Shown here: positions 27,681 through 39,545 of the stretch, one piece after another | Layout of the letters: each line of letters opens with the position of its first letter | How positions within the stretch are numbered: the stretch's first letter is position 1 | From: Octopus sinensis | Taxonomy: Eukaryota | Reading direction: 5' to 3' | Length of the DNA: 64,000 bases | Assembly (NCBI RefSeq): GCF_006345805.1 | Contig: NC_043004.1 | Coordinates: 97,154,001 to 97,218,000 of the forward strand | Program-made: the position numbers and the translations under genes | The notes under the pieces: model-generated | Seen by the model: the letters and a program-made list of their open reading frames with translations, nothing else | Databases searched by the model: none | What the model was told of the DNA's origin: nothing

Positions 27681-27953
27681 GGCGCAGGTGTGGCCGTGTG
27701 GTAAGAAGTTTGCTTTATAACCACAAGGTTCAGGATTCAGCCACACTGCATAGCACTGTTACGGCGAATGAGCGACCAAATGTTATGAGTAAATTTGTTT
27801 GACGAAAACTGAAAGAAGCCCGTCGTAAGCTTATACAAATGTGCGTATGTGCGTTTGGTCGGTCATTCGCCGTAACAGTGCTATGCAGTGTGACTGAATC
27901 CTGAACCTTGTGGTTGTAAAGCAAACTTCTTACCACACGGCCACGCCTTCGCC
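27681..27953. repeat. Foldback made from a SINE-A head (arms 27681-27780 / 27854-27953)
   Basis: The two 100-bp arms share private variants (AGGTTCAGGATTCAG, CATAGCACTGTTACGGCGAATGA) absent from other SINE-A copies. Confidence 0.9.
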
Positions 27954-28212
27954 ATATATATATATATATATTTATTATTTATTTATTATATATATATAAT
28001 TTTATTTTCATATATATGTATATATTATTATATATATATATATATATTATATATATATATATTTATTATATATATATTTATATATATATATATTTATATA
28101 TATATAATATATTATTTCATATATACTATATATCTAATAATATATATATAATATATATATATATATATTTATATTATATATATTTATTATATATTTATAT
28201 ATATATATAAAT

Positions 28213-28243
<31 letters not shown>

Positions 28244-29267
28244 ATTTCTATATTTATATATTATATTATTTATATATATATTTATATATATATATATATG
28301 TAAAATACATATATGTTGTGTGTGTTTGTGTGCGCGCGCGCGTGAGTATGAACATATTTATACCTGAATAGATACAGAGAGAGAGAGAGAGGGAGAGAGA
28401 GGTTTGATAGTGGGTAGCAGAAGCATTATATATAGAAGTAAGAACCTGTGTACAGACACACACACACACATTAGAAGTTGTAAATTGACTGAAGGGACGA
28501 GGCTTACGTTGATTCACAAATATATCGACCTTGAGTCACTTTATATGTGTTGTTAATTAAAAACTTATATATAAAGAGGCAGACAGGCAGAGTGAGAAAG
28601 AGGGAGAGAAAGAGAATATATGTGCCGTGAATCGTGACACGTAACGGAAGTTTAAGTTCAGTAGTAGGTTGTACATCCTGCTGGTGTGCGACATGGTGTA
28701 TCAAACCAAGTGGGGGTAGGCTAGAGTGTAGGATAGGAGTTGCGCAATAGCATTAATAAAATAAAGAAAGCAGATTTGGTGTTCGTTGATTTATAAAGCA
28801 TAGACGCATTTTGACAATTTATCGTTTGGATTACATAATTACAGTTGAAACATTATATAATCTTGTTAAACTCTTTTTCAGTGTTCAGCAAGAAATACAA
28901 TGACAGGTGCTAACTGCTTAATTCATATTCCAGGTATGCAAATTCTCAATAACATCGCGAGTGCCACACGTACACAAACACACACACACATACACACACA
29001 CACACACACACATACACACACACACTCACTCACACACATATATAAATATGTATGAGAAATAATTAAGATCCAGTTGAATTAGGGACTTAATTTGAGACAC
29101 CAAGTCAGTCCAGTATTATCCGCATAGCTCGAAGTAAGGTGAATAAAAAGCGAATAAATAACTTTACTCTGCTACAATAGTAGTAGCATGGAATTCTTTC
29201 ATTCTCTAGCTCTGATAAAATATTTGCTAAAAATTATAATAGAGTATCCTGTCTGTTGAAAATCTAT

Positions 29268-29364
29268 ATTTTTGTATCCGAAGATGGCGATGTATTTCAA
29301 ATTGAAGTAATATTTGCATTGTTTGATTAAATGAAGCCGCCTGAAACGGCTGTATTACATTAAT
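29268..29364 (+). ncRNA. Candidate type I hammerhead ribozyme, long stem II, one core substitution
   Basis: UGUAU-CCGAAGA-U-GGCG(48 nt)CGCC-U-GAAA-C(GGCU)G-UA-UUACA. U4 is C. Stem I is UGUA/UACA next to a U:U mismatch. Confidence 0.45.
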
Positions 29365-29796
29365 TCCTTGATCTCCCTGTTACTTATTTGCCATAAATAC
29401 ATATGTATATATATTTAGTCAGATGTTGTGAGTGAGCATGTGGGAACAGTATGGTATATGGGACGTTGATGCGTGCAACTGGTTAGATGGAAATAACAGT
29501 GTATTATGGGAGTTTGTATCAACCTGCTCCTTGTCTACCTGGTGGATAGCGGACGTCTGTGGCTGATACCATAAAACTTGTCAGTTAATTAGTTACAGGG
29601 ATTTTGGTTCTGATTTATGCCTAGAACACGCCATCCTAGCTACTTGTAGTGTACTGTTGATATTAATGCAGTTATCTTGGTAATGCCTACGTAGGTATGG
29701 GTAGTATGGCATCAGTCCCTTGTGGACTTTTTGTTGGTCTCCTATTACATTGTGCAAGTGGTAATGTCGCTGAAAATTTGCATAGCGGGAATATAT

Positions 29797-30194
29797 ATTC
29801 CTTTCTATTGTAGGCACAAGGCCCGAAATTTTGGGGGAGGGGCCAGTCGATTAGGTCGACCCCAGTACTCAACTGGTACTTAATTTATCGACCAAGAAAG
29901 GATGAAAGGCAAAGTCGACCTCAGCGGAATTTGAACTCAGAACGTAAAGACAAACGAAATACCTATCTCTTTACTACCCACAAGGGTCTAAACACAGAAG
30001 GGACAAACAAGGACTGGCAAACGGATTAAGTCGATTATATCGACTCCAGTGCGTAACTGCTACATATTTAATCGAACCCGAAAGGATGAAAGGCAAAGTC
30101 GACCTCGGCGGATTTTGAACTCAGAACGTAGCGGCAGACGAAATACGGCTACGCATTTCGCCCGGCGTGCTAACGTCTCTGCCAGCTCGCCGCC
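29797..30194 (-). mobile_element. Dimeric SINE family D
   Basis: Full monomer 30194-29964 is joined directly to a head-truncated monomer starting GGTATTTCGT at 29963. Confidence 0.85.
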
Positions 30195-30686
30195 TTAAAC
30201 GGGTATATATATTGAGTATTTAGCATCGATCATTGCAGGATTTGTTGAACACAGAAGTAATTTAGGAAGATTATATCATGTTCCAAACAGAAATTATGTA
30301 ATTCTGACAGTAATATGAAAAAATATTTATATGTTTTGTAACCTGTTACCTGCGTTTTATTGATAATATATAAATACACACACATATGTTTAATTATTCG
30401 TACGTTATTAATATCGAATTAATGAGAAAGGAGTGCTCAATACATGTTGAGGATATAGTTTATTTTTTTAATTAAATCTGAAGTAGAGTACTTATTTTGC
30501 TACTCCACTTTTATGCCAGTGTGATCAGCAGGCGAAACTCATTTCGTATGATGATCGCATTGCCATGAAACTTGGGCTGCGGGATAAATTTTCAGTTTCA
30601 GGTTTAGTAAAATAAAGAATTATATATATAATTTTACAACTCCATTCAGTTATGCATATTCTTATGTAGAACTGTTTATTTTGTAT

Positions 30687-31086
30687 GTGGCTGTGTGGTA
30701 AGTAGCTTGTTTACCAACCACATGGTTCCGGGTTCAGTCCCACTGCGTGGCATCTTGGGCAAGTGTCTTCTACTATAGCCTCGGGCCGACCAATGCCTTG
30801 TGATTGGATTTGGTAGACGGAAACTGAAAGAAGCCCGTCGTATATATGTATATATATATATGCGTGTGTGTGTTTGTGTGTCTGTGTTTGTCCCCCTAGC
30901 ATTGTTTGACAACCGATGCTGGTGTGTTTATGCCCCCGTAACTTAGCGGTTCGGCAAAAGAGACCGATAGAATAAGTACTGGGCTTACAAAAGAATTAGT
31001 CCCAGGGTCGAGTTGCTCGATTAAAGGTGGTGCCCCAGCATGGCCGCAGTCAAATGACTGAAACAAGTAAAAGAGTAAAAAGAGTA
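30687..31086 (+). mobile_element. SINE family A
   Basis: Slightly 5'-truncated, full tail. Confidence 0.9.
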
Positions 31087-31610
31087 TAGGTATATACATT
31101 TTGATTTGTATACATTTACATGTCTATGTATCTATTTTGCTATATATTCTTACGTGTTGCCATTATTATTCTCATTGTTCTAACATCTACTTTTCTATGC
31201 TTACAAGGGCCAAAAGAAATTCATGAAGGGAGATTTTTCATTGTTAGATGTTCCTTTTGCCACTGACCTCACTTATTTCCAAGTAAGGTTATATTTTCTT
31301 GTGGTCAGACACGATCTCATGGAAGATTGGAAATTAAAAGCATCACTTCCATGATGGTGACACTCGCAATGTTAAAACGAGGAGGCACAAATACACTTAT
31401 ATACGCATACATTTACACATGCTAAAAGCTTCATTGTGTTTCCTTCTCATAAATTTATGCACAAGCTTTCGGCTGGCCTGATTCTACTGTAGGATTCACT
31501 TGCTAAATTGGTCAAGCCTAAAATCTTGTGGTTGAGAAATAAATTTCTGTAACAATACACCCATGCTTGTAATAAACTAGACATATTTATGTGTAGGAAA
31601 TGTTACATAC

Positions 31611-32039
31611 TTATGTCATGGGATTTAGTTATGAAGATGAAAACTTCATGTTGACTTGAAATAATTTGAATTTGTTTAACAGATACATGCAGGAAAGAGG
31701 TGGGGGTAAGACTGCAGGCCACATTGCAATCTTTCATGAATGGTTCAGTAAATTCTATAGAGGTAACTATTTCGTTACTACCCACAAGGGGCTAAACATA
31801 GAGGGGACAAACAAGGACAGACAAACGGATTAAGTCGATTACATCGACCCCCAGTGCGTAACTGGTACTTATTTAATCGACCAAGAAAGGATGAAAGGCA
31901 AAGTCGACCTCGGTAGAATTTAAACTCGGAACGTAGCGGCAGACGAAATACCGCTGAGCATTTCGTCCGGCGTGCTAACGTTTCTGCCAGCTCGCCTATA
32001 GAGGTAACTGGAGGGTCAACTGAACTCATCTTCGCTTTA
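31611..32039 (-). pseudogene. Candidate coding exon C, interrupted by a SINE
   Basis: Acceptor ATTTTCTCGTTCAG before 32039 and donor A/GTATGT at 31610. Removing 31769-32009 leaves 188 nt, phase 2 to phase 1, with no stop: KAKMSSVDPPVTSIEFTEPFMKDCNVACSLTPTSFLHVSVKQIQIISSQHEVFIFITKSHDI. Confidence 0.55.
31769..31995 (-). mobile_element. SINE family D with 14-bp target-site duplication
   Basis: CTATAGAGGTAACT at 31755-31768 and 31996-32009. Confidence 0.92.
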
Positions 32040-32225
32040 CTGAACGAGAAAATCCATTGCTGCTACCTTTAGACCAAAGCCAAGTAATATCTTTATTTGT
32101 TGTTTTTAGTCTCGATGTACCCTGGTAAATATTACTTATAGACAAAGGAACTCTAGCTGTTAGTATTCTGTCTGGTTACTTCTATGTAGGATTGCATTCT
32201 TCTTTCTTTTTAATTTGGAATGATA

Positions 32226-32390
32226 GGCGCAGGAGTGGCTGTGTGGTAAGTAGCTTGCTTACCAACCACATGGTTCCGGGTTCAGTCCCACTACGTGGCA
32301 TCTTGGGCAAGTGTCTTCTGCTATAGCCTCGGACCGACCAGTGCCTTGTGAGTGGATTTGGTAGACGGAAACTGAAAGAAGCCTGTCGTA

Positions 32391-32445
<55 letters not shown>

Positions 32446-32646
32446 GTGTGTATATGTTTGTGTGTCTGTGTTTGTCCACCTAACATTGCTTGACAACCGA
32501 TGCTGGTGTGTTTACGTCCCCGTCACTTGGCGGTTCGGCAAAAGAGACCGATAGAATAAGTCCCGGGGTCGATTTGCTCGACTAAAAGCGGTGCTCCAGC
32601 ATGGCCGCAGTCAAATGACTGAAACAAGTAAAAGAAAGAAAAGAAA
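32226..32646 (+). mobile_element. SINE family A
   Basis: Full head, long internal (TA)n, small internal deletion in the 3' part. Confidence 0.9.
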
Positions 32647-33412
32647 TAAATACGGTGTGATGAAAATTTCGCTGCCATTTCCGACAGTGCGTTATCTTGT
32701 GCAACAAATAGATGTTTAACTGGTTTGATGTTCATTTGACGGGTATAAAGACCCTGGATTAAAAATCGGGTAAGAAATGCCTAAAAATGAGAAGAGCTCA
32801 TTAAATGATTTTGGTGTATTTATGCACACTAAAATATTGCCACCTACTAATGCCAGAAGACAAGGAGTTGAGACGAAAGTTAGAATACGAGATATTACAC
32901 ACACACGCACGCATGCCAGTGCTACTGACGTGTGTGATTTTTTTTGCTTGCTTTAAAATGTGTTGTTTTGTAGATGCCTTCTTTCCAAAATGCTTATGTT
33001 CTTGCTAACTGTGAGATATCTCATTAGAAAAGTGAATAGAATGAAACCAGTGATGATTTGGCTTCGTTCTTTATAATGTGAACAGGTATAGTTACGTAAT
33101 TGAGTCAAATAATGTGCCTTACAAGCATGGGTGTATTGTTACAGAAATTTATTTCTCAACCACAAGATTTTAGGCTTGACCAATTTGGCAAGTGAATCCT
33201 ACAGTAGAATCAGGCCAGCCGTAAGCTTGTGCATAGATTTATGAGAAGGAAACAGAATGAAGATTTTAGTATGTGTAAATGTATGCGTATATAAGTGTTT
33301 TTGTGCCTCCTCGTTTTAACATTGCGAGTGTCACCATCATGAAAGTGATGCTTTTAATATCCAATTTTCCATGAAATCGTGTCTGACCACAAGAAAATAT
33401 AACCTTACTTAC

Positions 33413-33773
33413 AACATGGTTTCAGGTTCAATTTTATAACAGAACACCTTGGACAAGCTATTTCTACTATATCTTAACTCTCGTTTTAGATAAACCAGAA
33501 TGTTAGGAATTTGAGAAGGCAATAACGTAATGGAATCATGTGGGAGGGATCGTTTTTGGCTTCCGGTGTTGGCTTCATTCACTGCTTGATATAAAACACT
33601 ACAATTTGAACCTTGAATGCATTTAATTATATCCACTGTGCTGCAATGATTCATTCTAGATATCTGTTCTGAGAATAACTTTCTCCTTTCCACACACTCC
33701 CTGAAACGGGTCAGAGGTTTTGTTGTACTTCCTCTGAATACGCTAAAATCATTAAATGTTTTTACTTTAATTT
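33413..33773 (-). CDS. Candidate coding exon B, unknown product
   Basis: 361-nt open segment within ORF 33409-33789. Acceptor ATACATTTTTTAG, consensus donor TT/GTAAGT containing the ORF stop. Phase 1 to phase 2, compatible with exon C. Confidence 0.55.
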
Positions 33774-35296
33774 CTAAAAAATGTATCAAATCTGTGATTA
33801 GTTGGAAGATTGATGTGGCAGAAATTGAACTCCAAAAGACGAGACATGAAACTTAACACTTTCATCAAAAATAAATTATTAATATCTTAGCCTGTTGCTC
33901 TAATTTTTCCAGCAAATGGGAAAAGAACAGGCATTGCAGATGATAATATAATGCTGATAGTGATAATAATAGTTACGCGATGGAGTGAGAGTATAAAAAA
34001 AATGAAACGATATTTTTTCCTAATAATTTCATTTATAAAAAAAACAACAACAAAATTACATGGCAGAAAAATACAACATTTTTAATGTCTTGAATTAGAA
34101 TCTGCTAATTTAATTTAAAGAGGCGGGCCGTTGTTGACTGCTTTAGCTTATTAAATTCATGATCATGGACAGTGTGTTCAAATCGACAATCACTCTGTAA
34201 TTCTTTCGAAATGGAAAGAAAAGCAATAGAGTAATAGAAGTATTGCCGAAAATATAATCGCAAATTAATTGTTATATATGCGTAAAAATATAGAAATCAA
34301 ATTACTTTCACTTGGCAAATATGAATAAATATGAAGGAACATTTCTCGTTCTTTTTAAATATAATTAAGACCATTTATTAGGTTTCTTTGCGAGGAATGG
34401 TGCTACAGCAAACAGTTTTTCAGAGGTTTCTATTATGTTCAGTTCACATTTCATACGTCTTAGTTTATAATGTTAGTTTATGTCATTGGTGTTTTCGTGT
34501 CTTTATTGTCTTTTCCTTATCATTTGCACTCTGAGTGTCTCTCTCTATATATGTGTGTGCAAATATAAGTGTATGTATATACACACATGCCCACACATAA
34601 GCTGCACATACATGCTTACAGACATGTATATGTGCATATATATATACATATATATATATATATATGTATATATACTCTCACATACAAGCATAGTTAATCG
34701 CAGAGAATAGGGGATGAGAGAGTCAGAAAGTGAGAGAGACGAGTATATAAACATAAATATACGTAGAAACATGCACAAAAAATATGTATGTATATATTGT
34801 TTCTCGGTACAAGAGAAAACAAAATAATATCTAGACACAAATATAATAGGTACATTACATGAATTTACACAAAAGACAGAAACTACAAAACGTCAGTGAT
34901 AAATTCACTATTTGGGTGAACATATAGAATGTCTTCTACAAACGAAATACTAGACAAAGTAATGTACAGAATAAAACAAATAGTAATTAACAACGGATAT
35001 TCAATGCAGACTATTAAACCAAGATACTGATGAATATGCGAAGAATACAAAATAGCAAATACATTAGACTGTACCCCAACTAAAAATACATGTGTTACCA
35101 AAAAATTATATTGTATGAATCAGATGCATACCATGTACAGAACAAACACATAATCAATGATTAAAGATATATCTGTGTGTGTGTACGTGTGTATGTATAT
35201 GTGTGTCTATATAAGGGGGGTGTATACATAATATTAGAAAAAGGTTGAGGATATATAAAAGAATTCCTGTACATCACATAGGTCAACCGGTATGTA

Positions 35297-36586
35297 CGAG
35301 GAGCGTTCAATAAGTAATGCCCCTGACCCACTTCCCATAGAAGGAGAGCAACGAAACTTGGCACACTTATTAGTCTTTTTCTACATAGGAACCACCCAGA
35401 GTTACACATTTCTCCCATCCTTTGATGCAACTCTGAGACCGTTTTTGTAGAAGACCCCAGTTTGGTCCTCCAACCACGACGTGACTTCAGAAATCAAGGC
35501 TGCATCATCTGGGAAACGCTTTCCTTTCAAAAACAACTTCATGGCTAGGAAGAGGTGAAAATCAGAGGGTGCAAGGTCAGGAGAGTAGGGGGATGTTGGA
35601 GGAGTTCATAGCTGCACGCCTGTGCTTCTGATCTGGCGACACGCGAGTTGTAGACCAGAGCGTTGTCCTGCAGGAGGAAGATGCCTTTGCTGATCTTGCC
35701 CCGCCTCTTGATTTTGATAGCTTCTCTTAATTTCCTCAAAAGAGAAGCATAATAGGCTCCTGTAATTGTGGTACCCTTTGCCAGGAAATCTGTCATCACT
35801 ACTCCGTCCTGGTCCCAGAAGACTGTGAGCATGACCTTGTCAGCGGAGGGCTGCACCCTTGCCTTCTTTGGAGGAGGTGAGTCACGGAGCTTCCACTGCA
35901 TTGACTGGGCTTTGGTCTCTGGATCATAGTGATGAACCCAGGTTTCATCCTGTGTAATCAGTCTTTTGAAAAATTTTGACTCATCTTCTTGGCACATCTT
36001 CAAATTCATCCTCGAGCACTCAACGCGTTCTTGCTTCTGGAAAGGTGTGAGCAACCTAGGAATCCATCTGGCAGACACCTTTTGCATATGCAAATGGTCA
36101 TGAATGATAGTTTCCACAGACCCGTTACTAAACTTGACCTCATGGGCTATTTGGCGAATAGTTATGCGTCGATCTTCCAAAATGGCAGCCTCAACTTGAC
36201 GGACAGATGCCTCATCAATGGCAGAAGGGAGGCGACCAGATCTGGGAGCTGTTTCCACAGAGTTCCAACCATGTTTGAATTCACGATGCCAGCGTTTTAC
36301 AAGGTCATATGATGGGGCATCATCACCATAAGTTACTTTCATTACATCAAAAGTCTCCCGTGGTGTGCGTCCTTTCAAATACAAAAACCGGATCACTGCT
36401 CGACACTCAACAGGCACCATTTCACACTTGACTCAGTTCAAACACCTGTAAATCAGAAACCACAATAGTTCAGAGCTGTAATTTTCCAGTTAATCTATAA
36501 AGATATAAATGATTGCACATGTAAATTTTCAGCTAGATCAAACAACTGCAAGGGGGTCAGAGGCATTACTTATTGAACGCCCCTCG
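35297..36586 (-). mobile_element. Mariner DNA transposon (D,D34D), 1290 bp, near intact
   Basis: TIRs CGAGG(A/G)GCGTTCAATAAGTAATGCC(C/T)CTGACCC flanked by TA on both sides. Motifs WIPRLL, QDETW, QDNA and frameshifted YSPDLAPSD. Confidence 0.97.
35370..36420 (-). pseudogene. Mariner transposase with two 1-bp deletions
   Basis: ORF 35545-36420 leaves frame at HPP(Y). Restoring 1 nt near 35593 and 1 nt near 35436 gives HPPYSPDLAPSDFHLF...GLQSCIKGWEKCVTLGGSYVEKD*, 350 aa. Confidence 0.9.
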
Positions 36587-37221
36587 TATGTTAGGTGTAA
36601 TAACCTAATGAATTGGAACGAGGTTTAATAGGATTGTTGCTATTAAAAACACTAAGGCGATCGAAATTTAATTTTTAGTTTTGTAAATTTGCACGGTATA
36701 AAAATACTGTGGTATAACAATTAAAGTCTGAGCAACAGCTTATTAAATATCTATCCCTTTAATCCGATAGAGTTGTAAATTTTCAGAGGCTAAGGAGTTT
36801 CGACAACTAATGAAGAACTTAGACTGTGTATTTAGATAATGAATGGAGATATATTTGTCAAATAAGAAGCTCCTCTTAGCTCTCTGTAACATCCATTTTT
36901 TCGTACTATATGTATATATACGTTCACCTTGCTCTGGAATCTTCTACGTTCTATCAAAACAAACGTTTTGTGCTTTTAAGTGCCATATGTAAATTGACAA
37001 ATTTATTGGGAGTTTTTTTTTTTTTTTGTTTTTTTCAACATGGCTAAAAAGACAAAGCTTGGTTAACGTAGCACTGTTTGAAGTTACTCTCTGATATTCC
37101 TATAAAGTGTTTTTGCTCTATAATTTGGTTAGGTTTGATACATTTTGCTTCATAATTTATTACTTCGGAAATACGTATTGATATTTATTCCGTTCACCGT
37201 ATCCAACATGATATTGTTGCT

Positions 37222-37430
37222 TTACGCGTTATAATACTTTTCGCTATTTACAGATGTAAATAATTTTGAAGCAGTTACAAAATTTCTGTCATGGAAGTCT
37301 ACAACATTCAGATAAGAGTTTGTAAATATTAACACTTCCTTCTCCAAGCCTAGATTCGAAACCGAATCCAAGATTTCTTGGTCGTCCAAACCACGACGAT
37401 CAACAGGTGCGAAAAAAGGTTTTCTTTGTC
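37222..37430 (-). CDS. Candidate coding exon A, unknown product
   Basis: Acceptor ATTTTTGACAG, then a protein-like open frame QRKPFFAPVDRRGLDDQEILDSVSNLGLEKEVLIFTNSYLNVVDFHDRNFV. The donor is ambiguous. Confidence 0.35.
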
Positions 37431-39228
37431 CTGTCAAAAATGATTGATCATCTCCCTTTGACCTGCGACCTCAGCATGTCAGGCGAAGTTCAACTGGACA
37501 GAGGCTGATCTATTTAGGTACAAATTCTGCTGCAGTATGTCTGTCTTTCTAGCTGCCACGATTTATTATAAATACGGTGGTGAAACAAGAAGGCAGGCAG
37601 ACAAACGAGGGAGACAAATGAAGGCAGACAAAACGAGAAAGGTCTACGATACGACCGAAGGTTTTGGCAGACCGCAGAGACCGAGAGAAATGTATCGAAG
37701 TGCCACTATAGATTACTGTCTCAAATGAACCACGCACACACGCACACACACAAATATATTCATTCTTGATATGACTTCCACAAATGTACTCTGTATTTCT
37801 AGCAACTCGTAGCAGTTGCCAACAATTTGTATGTAGTGTACCTATAACGAATCAAAATCCTGTATATAAATTCTTTTCAATTATGGATCGGTTTACGTAT
37901 TTGTTTACATACACACATAACCACTACAAGTTCATGATCCTTTTAGGCCGCAAGATTTGAATTAACTAATGAGATATTTTCTAAAAGTATACAATGTATC
38001 CTTGTTGATGTCATGAGAGACAAGTACCTCGCCATCTCTATAATTACCTCGTTTGATGTAGCAAATTCGTTTAGTATATATACGCCGAAGTTACCACATA
38101 TATGTGTACTGGAAAACGAGCCCATATAGATGGAGAATGAATATGATAACTGGTAGATATTTTCAACTAGGCTGAATGGTCATTGAAAAGCTGAGTCTTT
38201 CATGTGTTCAGATTATTAATATTCTATGTCAATGTATCTTCTGTCGAAGTCTTCCACGCTAAAGCGAGGTAGTTGAGAGATACAAAGTTAAAAACTAAGA
38301 ATACAAAATAGATGAACAAAGCTAGATATTTATTATACGTGATAAAGCAAGAAGACTGTTGGGATCTGGTTGTTTTTTTAATGTTGTTATTAATTGAACT
38401 CGATATCGTTTTGCTGATTGGTCATATCTCTGATTTGCTGTGTCAATTAACCTTCATTTTGGATTAGATATAAAGTTTTATTTGCGATTAATAAATATGA
38501 GATACACCTCATGCTTAGCATCAAATTTTATCATATTTTATTACCTCAATTTCTAGGTTGTTTTTAGCTCCAGTATATCTATACTTATATGTTTCAGCGC
38601 AAGTTTTTCTATGATTGTTAAAGATTTCTTTGTTAAGTAATTATGTATATGCGCTTTGTATAATTTGTCGATTTTCTTGGAGAAAATGGATATACTTTTG
38701 GTTTTCTTGAAATTACTGATATCATAATGAACAACATCTGAAATGAGTATATGCAGATAAAAATTTGGCTATGATCTCCGAAAAACACTTTTTGGTGCTA
38801 AAATGGCTAATTATGTGTAGTTAGTTATCCTTGGAATCCTTAGAAAGAAAACTTGACGTAAATATAGCTACTAGAACGCAACCTAACAATAGCTAAATTT
38901 TACGGTATTATTTTAGATCTTATGAAAGAGGAAACCAGGCGAAGAATCTCTATACACTCACCCAAATTCCAATGTCTCATATCCAGTTACGATCAAGATG
39001 TTGTTAGTATAAGAAAGAAACTTTTCGATAGAGTATTTTTCTAATATAATGAAACACTTGCCAAGAGGAACTCCAGTGAAAAGCTAGATTGTTTTTAATC
39101 TATACTCTTACCCATCCGCTTCGGAAGAGTGTTAGGAACAGCAAAGTTACTTGATTTCCAATCTTCCACATAACTAGACATCACTACGAATATATCCATA
39201 ATTGTTCTGTCTCTGGCAAAGCATTAGT

Positions 39229-39545
39229 GAAGGCGCGTGTCTTAGTGATTTGGGTGTTTGACTCCCGACCATAAAGTCGTGAGTTCAATTCCCGGCGACG
39301 TATTATGTCCTTGAGCAAGACACTTCATTTCACGTTGCTCCAATCCGCTCAGCAAAAATGAGTAGTACCTGTATTTCAAAGGGCTTCCCTTGTCACATTC
39401 TGTGTCAAGCTGAATATCCCTGAGAACTACGTTAACGACATACGTGTCTGAGGAGTGCTCAGCCACAAGCCCGTTAATTTCACGAGCAGGCTGTTCCGCT
39501 GAACAGTTCAACTGGAACATTCGTCATCGTAACCGACGTAGTGCT
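39229..39545 (+). mobile_element. tRNA-derived SINE, family C (CORE-like)
   Basis: GAAGGCGCG..TTAGTG head, GAGTTCAATTCC B box, TGTCCTTGAGCAAGACAC core. Second copy at 45047. Confidence 0.85.

Larger units (their letters stand above)
31281..33410. repeat. 292-bp inverted duplication (31281-31572 / 33119-33410) of an old SINE-A-like segment
   Basis: By-eye alignment gives 11 substitutions and no indels. Both arms are far more diverged from SINE-A than from each other. Confidence 0.92.

Noticed and set aside
28882-28933. Plus-strand exon-like segment (TTTTTCAG...CAG/GTATGC, MTGANCLIHIP)
   Set aside because: Good splice signals, but only 52 nt with no compatible neighbouring exon. Such matches are expected by chance in 64 kb.
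37943-38420. Minus-strand ORF fragments with a transmembrane-like stretch
   Set aside because: Stops occur in every frame and there is no coherent start or splice structure.
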